NCBI RefSeq assembly: GCF_036971445.1
Contig: NC_091469.1
Location: 280,364,001-280,428,000 of the forward strand
Origin: Narcine bancroftii
Taxonomy: Eukaryota
Length of the DNA stretch: 64,000 nt
Direction of reading: 5' to 3'
Below, one piece after another: positions 1 to 12,389 of this stretch. Every line of letters starts with the position of its first letter. The first letter of the stretch is position 1. Position numbers and translations under genes: made by a program. The notes under the pieces were generated by a model. That model was not told the origin of the DNA and did not search any database. It worked only from the letters and a program-made list of their open reading frames with translations.

Positions 1-180
1 ATTCCTTTCTCCTAAAGGTCTCTTTATATTAAAAGACATTTTATAATATGGAGAACTCCTGTTGTAAATCTTTTGTCCTATACTTTCTTTCTTTTTAGTA
101 GGGAGTTAATGGGGAGAAAGGGAGGGATATTAGTGGGCGGGGGGGGGGGTTCTTAATTCTCTATCTTTTTCTGCTTTTTA

Positions 181-187
<7 letters not shown>

Positions 188-217
<30 letters not shown>
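188..217. repeat. (CA)n microsatellite
   Basis: Direct run of acacac... in sequence. Confidence 0.9.
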
Positions 218-218
<1 letters not shown>

Positions 219-1832
219 CATAAGTATTATTAGAAGTTGATTTATAGTAATGTTATGTATCTGAATTTTAGTGGGTTTTAAATTTATAAACAAAATTTTT
301 TTTAAAACGTCTACAGAGCACTCATCTTTTCACTTCACAAGCACTCCAGAACTGCCAAATCAGAGATGGGTTTTGGAGCAGAATGCCCATTTCTATTCAG
401 GCCAGTCAGTGTATCAGCCAACTGAAAAAGAAGACTTTAATTTCATTGACAGAATTTTGATTTGAATCCAGGGGTAGAGCTGAAAAGCCAGCATGTAATT
501 CACCAAAACATACTCCCCCTAGTAAATGTCCCCTTCTTACCCCTATCCCCTCTGGCAACTCCTCCCACCACGTGACAATTCTCTGCATTTAATTTAGGAA
601 GTGCCAGAGCTTCACACTTGTTCACACTGAGGAAGAAATCAAGCTAGATAATGAATACCTTTTGAAATATCAGGCCATTAGGTTAGTCTTTCATTCATAT
701 ACTAAACCAATCAGCATGACATTGAATAGTGCATTCCATCTAGTTAATTAGCTCTCTGAGACCCAAACAATAAAAAAAAATGGTAACTAACCCTGAAAAG
801 TTGTCAACTTAAACAAATGGAACAGAAAATCCAATGTTCAGCTGGTCCTAATTAGGTAAGCCATGACAATAGTTTTCCATTTATCTATTTCTTTTAATGT
901 GAGTGAATTATTAATATGTGGTTAACAAGTTGACTTCACCAAATTTAACTTCATGAAAATTCTTTTTGGAGGATATTGATGTCACCTCCAAGGTGGAAAC
1001 TAGATGGATGTGTGTTTGATCTGCTATTTCATAATATATGAATTGAACGTACACCTGGGAACTCTTTGGTCTTTCATCTCAGTAGGAATTGGTCTCATTT
1101 TGATGCCAATTTGATACTATTCTGAAGTCCATTGAAGCATTTAAGAACTATACATGCAACCAATTCCATTTCAAACATGCACAAGAACTTAACATTGAAC
1201 AGGTCTACAAGAACACAAACAGGATGGATTTAAGCTGAAAAGTTTCCATCGTTCATGCTGGTAGAAACACATTTCCACGGGCCAACAATATGCTGACATT
1301 GAAACACACTAGTGAATTACTCTTTAGCCAATCTGTCCAATACGGAATCAAATTCAACACTTTGCTACAAAGATAAATTTAGCTGAGATTTTCAAGCTAC
1401 TTTCTTATGAAAGTGTTGTGATCAATTTTTTTTAGTCTGGCTTTTAATTTACATTATAAATTATATTTACATATTAAGTGTTCTCTATAGAAGACTGTCC
1501 ATCAGAAATGGCACATGAAGCTCCTATATACCACACCAATGGTATGGCCTGGATTATAATGTCTCTCTATGTATAGATCTATATATATACATATATATAT
1601 ATACAATACACCAGTGAGAGGACTTGAATGAAATTCTACACTTTAATTCATGGCGCTTAGCGTCTTTCTAAAATTTCTATGGAATTTCATAGACAATTAC
1701 TCTACACAGCTAAGCATTGCTTATTATTCCATGATAAACCTTCCCAATGTAGCTGTATATCCTAGCAATACTAGATTAACAGATTGATATATATACCTAT
1801 AAGGTTACATATCTTGCCTGTGTGTTACGTAC

Positions 1833-2030
1833 CCTTTCTTATTCCTCCATCGGGTGGACATGCAAATTCCCCGGTTGATAAGAGGAAGCAGGGCCCGTCT
1901 CTGGCATTCCTCTCCCTGGTGTTAGAACGAGTGAAGGGGAGGTGATCTTCAGGCGTCAGTGCCTGGTCAATATGAGGACAATCTTCGTTTGCCAATGCTG
2001 CATTTGCTGCATCACCGTTCTGTTTAAAAT
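1833..2030 (-). CDS. KCNC1: KCNC1 exon 3 (Kv3.1b-type C-terminal exon), 198 nt, phase 1/1; not in the ORF track
   Basis: Minus strand acceptor ...tttgaag|ATTTTAAACAG and donor AAGG|gtacgt. Translation (D)[65 protein letters not shown] matches the recalled mammalian Kv3.1b [63 protein letters not shown]. Confidence 0.93.
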
Positions 2031-3159
2031 CTTCAAATATACAAGCAAAAGCTGAATGAAATGCTAAGTACTATGTTTGTGTTTCTTACTAAAGGTTAGC
2101 AGAATCTATGGTTTGTAACGCTCTATGCAATTAACTAAAGTTACTCCAGAGGCAGCACATTCAGCCAATAAAATATTTTGCATTGGCAAATAATATCACA
2201 TAAATATAGTAAGCAACGGCACCAAAATTTGTGATAAATATCAACAATTCTAAGCAAAAGTAACTGGTCTCAGTCTGCATGGAACAGAATGAGCACGATT
2301 TTGTGAAAAAAAATTCTGTAATAGGCTGATGGATGAAGATCTAGAGATGCTTCTGTGATTCATAAGTTCTTAAGGGGATGCTTTGATGCAGTCTCTGACA
2401 AATGAGACAGCCACCAAGAGGTTTAAATAAAGACTTCTCTGTGGCCACTAGGCTTGATGGAGGAGGAGGAGGGGGGGGGGGGTCAGAGGGGTAGAAAATC
2501 AAGTTAACCTAACCATTCGATTTGTCAAATGTTGAAATCGTAAATAGTCCTGTTCAATATGTTTTGCAGACAATTTTTTAATCATGTGCAGCTTATTACC
2601 ATGTGATATTGGGAAGCAATAGTCCGATCTGTTTGCCACAGACATCCTTTAACATAGTTTATTGCCAACTGAATCCAGAGTCATTGCCTTCATAGAAAAG
2701 TGTTAAAGTTACAGAATATTACAGCACAAAAGAAGGGCATTTGGCCCAATGTTTTTTTGCCAGATTGTCGATCAAAATGTCCAATTAGTCCCTAATCCCA
2801 TAATACTGATTTCAGATTTTGAATGTTTATACTATTGCCAAATAAAACAAAGAAGTAGCAAAAATCTCTTTATGAAAAATGAAAAATATAATTCTAACAG
2901 CAACACTGTTCCCTATTAATTTTCCTCCCAAAGAACTACACCCTGTTATCCCTTTTTTAAAAATTCTCATTTGCAACTACTGTATCTTTTAACTCGATGC
3001 ATCAAAATGCATCGAAGTGCATCAGCCTAGAAAACATTACGCTTGGAAAGGTAAGTGAAACAAGTCGTCAACAGCAAGCCAACATAAATTTCAGTTAAGA
3101 AACCATTGCTTCAAACTTTCCAATACCCAAGACATCAGGCATTGAGCAAAGAGCCTTGC

Positions 3160-4340
3160 GTTATAAATATGCTAAATTTACAAATGATGCTAAGCTGCAT
3201 GGCGATGCAGGCTGTGATAAAGATTTCAAGAGGCTTCAGGGTGACTTGGATAGATTAGGAGAGTGGGAAAATATTTGTCAGATGCAGTATAATGCAGACA
3301 AATATGAGACTATCCACTTTGGTGGCAACAATAGGAAGGCAGATTATTATCTGAATGATGAGAAATTAGGAAAAGAGGAAGTACAATGAGATTTGGATGG
3401 TGCCTCATTTATTGAAGATTGCTTGCTGTCAGGGTGTAGCCAGGTTCTAAAGTTAGGGGGAGTGAGCACATTAAAAAAAAGGTCCCATGACACATACCAG
3501 ATGGTGAGTCAGTGGTTGAGTGGCAGGCCGCACTGATTTTTCGGCAGCATCGGACTGGGTAGGAGGGTGGTGGCAGTGGTGTCAGACCAGGTTTGGGGGG
3601 GGGGGGGGTAGAAGGCACCTCTTATGAATTTTGTGTTTGGGGGGAAGCTTTTGCTCTCCCTGCAGCCCCCCCCCCCCCCTTCCCTATCTCTGCCACTGCC
3701 TGCTGTATCTGCATCCCAATAAAAAGAGAAAATGGCACGTTAGCCTTTATTATAAGAGGTTTTGAATATAGAAGCAGGGAGGTTTTACTGCAATTAAATA
3801 GGGCCATGGTGAGACCATACCTTGGGTATTGTGCACAGTTTTGGGTTCCTAATCTGAGGAAATACATTCCTGCTATTGAGGGGGTGCAGAGAAGGTTCAC
3901 CAGACTGATTCCTGGGGTGAAATACTGATGTATGAAGAAAGACCTGACAGGCTGAGATTATACTCATTGGAATTTAGAAGAATAAGAGGTGATCTCATTG
4001 AGACATAAAATGTCAGGATCAGGAAGATGAGATGCTAATGTTACGGAAGTCCAGAAATATGGGTAACAGTCTAGGGATAAGGGGTAAGAAATTTAAGATG
4101 GGAATGAGGAGAAACTTTTTTTTCATTCAGAATTGTGCATTTGTTGAATATATTCAACAAACTCTGGAGGTTGATGTGTTAGATATATTGATAAGGGAGT
4201 TGGATATGCCCCTATTGGCTAAAGGGATCAAAGAGTACGGAGAGAAACCAGGAACAGGATATGGAAGATGTATCATCAGCTATGAATGGTGGAACAGACA
4301 CAAAGGGTTGAATGGCCTTCTCCTTCTCCCATTTTCTACA
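3160..4340 (+). mobile_element. CR1-type LINE, 3' part of ORF2 plus 3' UTR, degenerate, interrupted by a hAT MITE
   Basis: ORF fragments KFTNDAKLHG...LQGDLDRLGEW...QMQYNADK and LAFIIRGFEYRSREVLLQL...VRPYLGYCAQFW...VQRRFTRLIPG are typical CR1 RT C-terminal motifs. Confidence 0.85.
3430..3698. mobile_element. hAT (Tip100-like) non-autonomous element/MITE nested in CR1
   Basis: Ends cagggtgtagc...ctctgccactg are degenerate CAGTGGCGTAG-type TIRs. Flanks cttgctgt (3422-3429) and cctgctgt (3699-3706) form an 8-bp TSD with 1 mismatch. Confidence 0.7.
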
Positions 4341-5399
4341 TACTCAAAGTCCATTCCTGTAGGATCTATACAGAACAGGGGTTTAATATAGAGGATTGGA
4401 TCTCCATGATTGGGCTGTTCAATGAGAGTGGTGGAGGAGGAATAATCAGTGACTATAGAGGTTCGAGGAAAGAAATTAAGTTGAGAGGGTTGGTCTGACA
4501 ATCAGTTTAGGAAATTGGGGATGCAAAAGAGAGCCACTGTGAAGGGAAAGCTTTTTAAATTTAGTGGATGTCCAGAAGCAAGATCCCAATAACAGACTCC
4601 ATAGTGTAGCACTGTCTCTTTCACTTTCAGCTACAAAAGAAACAGGCCACAAATCTGCTAACATTGCAGGCCATGTAAGTGCACATGAACCTCATGGAAT
4701 AGTCTGTGCCTTAGTGCATTAGATGCACAGAGCACGCAGAGAAAATTCACAAACTTGGCAGAGTGATCAGTAAGTCCTGGAATGTCCTTTGCAGAGGATT
4801 TTCTGATGAAATGGTACAGTGCACATAAATCTATGGTATGGGACACAATATTGAGTTCCTCATGTTATCATTTTGTTACAATGAAAAGAAAGGATCTTTC
4901 TTCCTTCCCACACCTGCCAAACACGGTGCATGAAATTGTGTGAATATATACAAAAGTCAAAAATTACTATGAATGTAGAAAGAAATGCTGTTTTTTGATG
5001 AGCAAGATATAATCTGGAATGCAGAAAGTAAAAGGTATGCAAGTATAAAAGGAAAATTGCAGAATGCTTTGACCACAGAATTGGAGATTAAAATACCATT
5101 GTTTTCAGTCAGTAACTTAAATGATTTTTGTTACATCATAATTGGATAGTTTAAGTAACAGCTCATTTATTAAGTATTGTAGGTTTAATTCCCTTTTATA
5201 AAATTCAGAAAACAACTAGCCTTCCTGCTGTAGATCAAGATGTCAAGAATGTACTGCTTCTCACCCTTTCTCTTGCCCTCATTTGGCCTTTATTAAATTT
5301 CAGTTTATTAGCCAAATGTGTTTTTCCATTATAATCTGGCTTTCTTCAATTAAATGCAACATCAACTATATTGCTCATTTCTTTTAGAAATATCATAAA

Positions 5400-5990
5400 G
5401 ATAAACATAAGAGGTAGAGAATTGAGTCAGCCATTGCTTCTCTTGCCTGCTTCATCATTCAGTAAGATTCTGGCTGATCTATTATCCCAGCTTAGCTTTA
5501 CTCGTGCTCTCTTGATTCTCTTAACATCCATATATTTATCAATTCCTCTAAACATTTTTTTGGAACCAAGTCTACACATCCCTTTTTGTACAGAGGGTAG
5601 TGAATCTACCCTCAGTGAAGGAATTTCTTCTTATTTTGAATCTGTGTACACTTCTGTGAAATAACTACTCTGCATCCACCCTGTTAAGCTTAGTAAGAAT
5701 TTTTTTCAGTGAGATTGTAACTCATTTTTTTCTAAACTCAAAGAGGTATTGGCCCAATCTTCTTAATCTTTCCTCATGAGACAAACTTCCAATTTCAGTA
5801 AAAATTCAGGTGAACCTTTAATGCAAGTATATCGTTTCTTGGGTAGAGAGAGAGAGTTTTGCATGCAATATTCCAGGTAGTCTTACCAAGGTCCTATATT
5901 ATTATAGTAAAATCTTTTACTCATCGACAAATCCTTTTGGAATAAAGGCAAATTTACAGTTTGCCTTCACAAATGCTTTTACTTTCTTAT
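5400..5990 (-). mobile_element. CR1-type LINE 3' fragment
   Basis: Reverse complement of CR1 3' ORF2/UTR-like sequence (aacataaga tail; caatattccaggtagtcttaccaaggtcct corresponds to LVRxxLEYC). Confidence 0.65.
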
Positions 5991-5999
5991 CTGTGAATG

Positions 6000-7230
6000 A
6001 TTTCTATTTAAGTTGTGTGCTGATCTGAAAGATGTGAAAAATAGAAAAGACTAGAGACAGGAAATGGAGAGAATCTTGCTCAATGTCTCCATTGGCAAAG
6101 ATGTTATCAGGAAGTGGAGATAATTTGAAGATGATTGTAAAGTGACAAGAAATTTTATTTTATTCTGTAGCAAATGATTAAGGTGTGGCATTGACTGCCA
6201 CAAATGATCATGGGTTCAAATGTAGCCTTCAAAAAGAACTGGATCAATATCTGAAGGCAGGAAATGTGCATGGCTATGGAGAGGGCACAGAGAGTGGGGC
6301 ATCGGAATATTTATCTGTAGAATTGGGATGAATGGTCTCCTGCCACGTTGTAACGGTTCTGATAAAAGTTCCTGGGGTTGAACCAGGCAGCTGTGAAATT
6401 GGCTATGGTGTGAGAATTGGAGCTTGAATAGGATTGGAGATGGACTGTATTAGAGAGAGTGCAACATAAATTCACCAGACTTATCCTGGGGATGAGAAGA
6501 TTATAAATGAAGCAGCACTGAATAAGTTATTTTGAGTTTAGAAGAATGGGAGTAATCTCATGGAGATGTACATGATTCTGAGAGGGGTTGTGACATGTTA
6601 GAGAGTCTAGAAGAATGATTGTCGACCTTTTTCTTTCCAATCACATACCACTTTAAGTAATCCCAATGCCATCAGTGCTCTGAGATTGGTAAGGTGGTAT
6701 GTGAGTGGGAAGGGAAGGTAGAGAGCCACTGCTGTAGACCCAATTGTTACTGAAATAATTTGCTTGAGAAAAATTATCATTGAACCATTTCCTTTGGAGT
6801 TATGAAACCATGCACATAACAAGTCAATTAGGTACGATTAAAACACTGGTTTTCAAACTTTTTCTTTCCACTCTCATACCACTTTAAGCAATCCCTTGGC
6901 ATAGGCACCGATGGCATAGCGAATACTTAAAGTAATGTGTGAGAGGAAAGAAAAAGGTTGAGAACCACACCTGGTGCCAATTGTTAGGATGTAGGTTGAG
7001 CATTTGTGACTGTGAAGAAGAGAAAATTCTTCATGTCAGCGACTGGAAATCTCTATCTCAATAGATTTTATCGAAAGATGAATAATAGTTGTTTTTCACA
7101 TTAAAGTGGGGAACACAGAACAGGCAGCTAAGTGAATTTGAGGCTCAGGATTAATCATGATGAGATAGTGTCGTGCAGAAGGCTTGAAGAGCTATTGGAC
7201 ATATTCCTGCCTCATTTGATTTTGTTATGT
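6000..7230 (+). mobile_element. CR1-type LINE 3' fragments, interrupted by a composite MITE
   Basis: ttcaccagacttatcctgggatg (FTRLIPGM), gagtttagaagaatg, and a CR1-like 3' UTR ending ttatgttct. Confidence 0.6.
6611..6969. mobile_element. Composite hAT-Charlie-like MITE (two ~120-130 bp palindromic units plus spacer)
   Basis: Internal termini cactggttttcaaact...aaggttgagaaccac. Reverse-complement homologous to 34304-34642. The left flank gtctagaa fits the Charlie NTCTAGAN target. Confidence 0.7.
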
Positions 7231-8783
7231 TCTAAAATTTTGAGGTATGTAAGAGGGCTGGATTAAAGAGACATGTTGCTGAGTCTGGGACTGGAAGTCG
7301 AGTTGGCCAATGCTTGCAGAAAATCCCCTGTAAATCATGTTGCCAAATGACCTTGGCAGGCTAGGAGTCTGCATGCTGATGGCCTTGAAAATATTATTTT
7401 ACCAAAACAGAACTATTGAACACATTAAAGATGCATTATCAAAAGACAGTGAATCTTAATCAGTAAAAATTACTGTTCACATCGTTTCTCTGACTTTTCC
7501 CTGCATTCATTTTCTCTTTTCTGTTTTGTTGATTGTAAGTGTTTTAAATGAGTTAGCTTCCTGAAGAAAGAACAGAGAGAGAAATCTGTTGGGGTTGGAT
7601 TAACTTTACTAACTGTAATTTTAACTTTTATGTTTTAAAATATTTTTCATTGCTAACTATACTGTAATTGACCTATATTTATATTTTCGTTTCTTCGTGA
7701 GACCACGTGAAAAAGCAAAGTAGGACATTACTGTTTGTGATATTAGCAGACGCACATTTAAAGCATTTGATTGGCACTCGTTTAATGCTGGTGTTAACCT
7801 GTTTATTTTAAATGCGTCCATTAGTATACAAATAGCAATTTTAGACTAAAACTCTTGAATACTAAAATAGGTATTAGAAACATCTTAATCTGATGTGATT
7901 ATGTGAGTATATTTCTCTCATTGAAAGAGTTAAACATTGTACTAAAATGCACAATTATTTGATGCTAATTCACTCAGAAACAGCAGGGAAAATGGCTTCT
8001 CAGATTTGCTTACAAAGATATAGCATTAGTCGTAACTATTATTCTGAGCTATTTTGTAATAATAATGCATGGCAGATTTCTAAGAGCAACATGAAATATA
8101 TTTACAGACGAAATATATTTTACTTTTCTGTAAGTAAAATGGGGTGCTATTTTAGAGGAGTTTGAAGCCATTCTGTATATATTTTCATGCACCAAAATTC
8201 CTATAGGAGAGCTAGTAATTAGGCTTTAGACCTTATTTGGAATCCAAAGTCCTCAGTTTAGCCTGGGATATAGTTTTTAATTAATCATATATTTTCTTAT
8301 ATACATTAACTACAGTTTTACCCCATTCTTGATCCCCACTGTTGATCAACTTAAGACCAAGCTCTATCCTAAATCCAGCGAATGGATGGTAATATTTCAC
8401 TCTAGAGGTTATTACCAATTAACTATGAATAATTCTAAATGCTTTAGGGAAATATAGTAAGTTTGGTAGTCATTTGGAGAATCAAATCATCGAAATTTTT
8501 GCTTTACCTTTTCTACAAACAAAACTGTCATAAGCCTTAATTCACAAATTGTACTAAGATTCCATAAGTAGCTGGTGTTATTAAGTTACCTCAACAATGC
8601 ATGGATGCATTCCAACGTAGTAACTTGCCACATTGGCTGCACCCTATTTGGTAATGTGCTTACTAAAATAATGTTTGATACAAAACACTAGCATGGCTTA
8701 AATGTGCTGCCTTTCCAGAAATCCAAAGCTAGTTGAGATATAAAATGACTACCAGGGGTAGATGCAAAGGAGGCATTCAAGGG

Positions 8784-9749
8784 TCAGATGGACATTCCTC
8801 TAAGAGGTTTCCTACCTGCTCTGTTTATTTCTAAAATCTCTTCCTGAGCGAGTGGGCATGTGTCACTCTGTGTACTGTGATGTGGAGAGTTTACACCAGA
8901 TTTACAATAATTGGGGGATCCCAGCTGGGGCGGTCTCGGTATATGCTTCTTTTTCTTCTTTGGTAATTTTTGTTTGGCCATTGCTAAGGAGTAATACATT
9001 CCAAAATTATTGACAATAACAGGGACTGGCATAGCAATGGTCAGCACGCCCGAAAGAGCACAGAGGGCTCCTACCAACATGCCCGACCATGTCTTAGGAT
9101 ACATGTCTCCATAGCCAAGTGTAGTCATGGTTACTACGGCCCACCAAAATCCAATCGGAATATTTTTGAACTGTGTGTGTTTATCGGCTCTCAGATCATG
9201 GGGGTTAGCACCTATCCTCTCAGCATAGTAGATCATGGTGGCAAATATCAGGACGCCAAGTGCCAAGAAGATGATGAGCAGCAGAAATTCATTGGTGCTT
9301 GCACGCAAAGTATGTCCTAAAACTCTCAGTCCTACAAAATGACGGGTCAGCTTGAAGATTCGCAGGATTCGGACAAAGCGAACCACTCTCAGGAAGCCCA
9401 GTACATCCTTAGCAGCTTTGGAAGACAAAGCACTGAGTCCTACCTCCAGATAGAAGGGCAGAATGGCCACAAAGTCAATGATATTGAGAGTATTCTTGAT
9501 AAACTCCACTTTGTTAGGACAGAAAGTGATCCTCATGAGAAATTCAAAGGTAAACCATACCACACAGACTCCTTCGATGTACATTAAGAAGGCTTCTGTT
9601 TCTGTTTCCTGAATAGTTTCCAACCGCGTTTCATTTCCATTCCTTATAATCTCCGTTCTGTTAACAATTGGATTAAATGCCTCATGGGTCTCGAGGCAGA
9701 AAGTGCTGATTGAGACCAAGATGAAGAAAAGTGAAGCAAAAGCACAGTA
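8784..9749 (-). CDS. KCNC1: KCNC1 exon 2 (S1-S6, pore, proximal C-terminus); read-through to TGA at 8786-8784 gives Kv3.1a, internal donor after 8816 gives Kv3.1b
   Basis: Acceptor ttttcttcacag|TAC at 9749 ([14 protein letters not shown]...). S4 is [18 protein letters not shown], pore TMTTLGYGD, then PVP motif and [16 protein letters not shown]. The C-terminus [15 protein letters not shown] is identical to recalled Kv3.1a. Donor is GCAG|gtagga. Confidence 0.97.
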   Translation of the reverse strand, partial: YCAFASLFFILVSISTFCLETHEAFNPIVNRTEIIRNGNETRLETIQETETEAFLMYIEGVCVVWFTFEFLMRITFCPNKVEFIKNTLNIIDFVAILPFYLEVGLSALSSKAAKDVLGFLRVVRFVRILRIFKLTRHFVGLRVLGHTLRASTNEFLLLIIFLALGVLIFATMIYYAERIGANPHDLRADKHTQFKNIPIGFWWAVVTMTTLGYGDMYPKTWSGMLVGALCALSGVLTIAMPVPVIVNNFGMYYSLAMAKQKLPKKKKKHIPRPPQLGSPNYCKSGVNSPHHSTQSDTCPLAQEEILEINRAGRKPLRGMSI

Positions 9750-11301
9750 CTGTGAAGAAAAATAGAAAAGAAAAACATATTAATGGTAATAATTGTAAAC
9801 TAAGACCAGATCAAACAGAGCAGTTTCTAAAGAATGAGAAATTAAGTATTTGGGCAAATAGGCCTGTTCTTTACTAATTGCCCTCAAATCTCCTTCACCA
9901 TCTTTTCACCCACAAGCTTAACAATCATAGATTTTCATGAAAATTATTTATTTGCTTTGTACAAAATTCTGCAGAAAAAGTTCTCCATGTAAAAAAAAGT
10001 AACATATTAGATCTTTAAATCAATTATTCCATTTCACATACATTTTTAAAGAACCCACTCACAGATTGTCTTACACATTGTATGCAAGAGATATTGGGAG
10101 GGTGTGCCCTTCTAGAATTTCCTACTCCCCGCAACCGCCCCCCCCCCCACCTCCGCCAAAAGATGGCCCTTTGTATTGGTTACATATTGGTTTAAATATG
10201 TCTTGTAGCCCATACTACTGAATTCTGAAATATGATACTTAGGTGCAGTCAATCCAAGATCATTCCTTTAGTGGGAAGGCAGAATGGATGTCTCTCGTTG
10301 AGAACATCTTTGAGATCATAGAGGTCTATATATTCAAGCCATTGGGAATGAACCAGAAGTAGTACCACTGCATCCCTCTCACCATATTTTCCATCACAAT
10401 CACACAGCCTTGAGGACCACCTTACAGTAGCTTTGAGGTTCTGAGCATGTTCGAAGTAACCCCAAAGCAACACCTTAAATATCTTGCACAGTTGCCACCA
10501 TTTTTAGAAAAATATCTGAAATGAGTTATTGAATTGAATAGAGAGGTTCTTATTATGATCACCCAAGCTACATCCTGGTGCTTGTTAGAAAGTTCTGATA
10601 CTGAGATGACTTTGCCAAATGGCCTTGTCAGGGAATTATCCAATTGAATCTACTCTCTCATAACCTCTTTGGATATTGAATATATTCTATATCAACTTTG
10701 GAGTTGAGAATTCCTTTTCAGAAATCTCTCTACCTGAGAAGGACTCCACCTTGCTGGGATATGCTCAGTTTGCTCAGCCAATAATTGATGAGGCTAGCCT
10801 AGAATCTTCCATCCAATTCTTAACACCATTCTTGAGGAAGTGAACTTAAGAAGATGCACTTGAGATATCATGGAAGAGGACTTGGGATGAAGTCCAGCAG
10901 TTATGCAAAGGGACTAGAAAATATGAGATGCTTCACCTTAGCAGTCAAAGGCGATTTAACGGAAATTTTCAAAATTATGAAATTATTTGATTGAGAAGGT
11001 GGAAAAAAATGATATAATCTTGGAAGAATGTCTGTGGCCAAATATTTTTTAAAAGTTGGCAAAATAACATCATGAGTTACTTAATGAGATGAAAATATTT
11101 TTCTCCGTAGCAAGTTTTTAAAAATCTGCAATGTACAGTCTGAAAAGGAAGAAGATTTATTTGCAACTTTCAGATATATGCTTGAAAAAGAACATTTTCA
11201 GGAGGTGGAGAAAAACTAAGGTGATTGGACTAATTGGATAACTTTTAAGGTGCACAATTGACTAAATAGCTTCAGGTGAAGTGTAACGTATGTAAGCAAG
11301 A

Positions 11302-11500
11302 GAGACTGCAGATGCTGGCAAACTGGAGCAATACACAAAATGCTGGAGGAACTCAGCAGGTCAGGCAGCATCCGTGAAAAGCAACGGTTAACATTTTGGG
11401 CTGGAACCCTCCATCATTCCTGATGAAGAGTTTCTGCCCAAAGTATGCTTTGGTTTCTGCCTAAAGCATTGACTGAGTTCCTCCAGCATTTTGTGTGTTT
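11302..11500. mobile_element. Penelope-like-derived palindromic element
   Basis: Perfect 24-bp inverted arms at 11333-11356 and 11473-11496. The same tgctggaggaactcagc motif occurs at the end of the GIY-YIG-bearing element at ~40930. Confidence 0.7.
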
Positions 11501-12389
11501 CATGTAAAATATGTGTGGGGTAAAGTGAAAGAAAGAGAGTCATGTTTGTGTCAGAACACTTCTTTAAACATGCGTTTAAGATGAGAAGGAAAAAAGAAGA
11601 TGGTGCAAAACAAATCTTTATATGCAAAGAGTGGTAGGTGTGTGGCAGGTTGTAGAAGCAGGTATGATTACAATGTTTCAGAGGCATCGAGACAGACAAT
11701 TGAATAGGTAGGGAAATGTGGACCACATGCAAGCAGATGGGATTAGTTAGATTGGCATTGAGGTCAGCACAGACATGGTGGGCCGAAGGTTCTTTTACTG
11801 TTCTGTATTATTCCTGAGAGACGTTTGCAATGTCAATGGATATCTCAATGTAGAAGCTAAATTACATCAATTTAATTTGTCTATATATTCTATAAAAAAA
11901 AAACTGTTGTATTGGTCCCATAGAGCTACTGATCAAGATTTGACATGATTACAGGTACATTAAAATAGAACTCTAATTTGTACATGTCTTTATCAACTTT
12001 GGTCTGAGTGTTCAAGGGTATATGATGGTGTTAAGTTTCAGTTAAATACACGGTCAAAAGGACTCCTGTGGAATAAAGCAGGGGTGGCAGAATTGAAGCT
12101 CCTTCTCGTGATGTAATATGGCATGTGTGTGAGACAAGCGGATCCTATGTGGTAAAACAGCTGACCAAGACTGAAATACAACCCTGGTGTCAGGTTTTTT
12201 TCATGAAGCTTCTACTGTTTTGCATTTTTATAAGACGTGGATGAGAGAGTCGCAATGATAATGAACTGCATTCTGAAAACGTGTTCAAGGGCATTGATAG
12301 CTTTATAAACATAAATCCACCATATATCCTTGAGCACTCAGACCAAAGTTGACAAGGGCAGGTACAAATTGGAGCTCCATTGTTCATCT

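Noticed and set aside
9717-9719. ORF-track start 'M' of the 311-aa ORF
   Set aside because: It is a TTG Leu codon inside exon 2; the exon starts at the acceptor at 9749.
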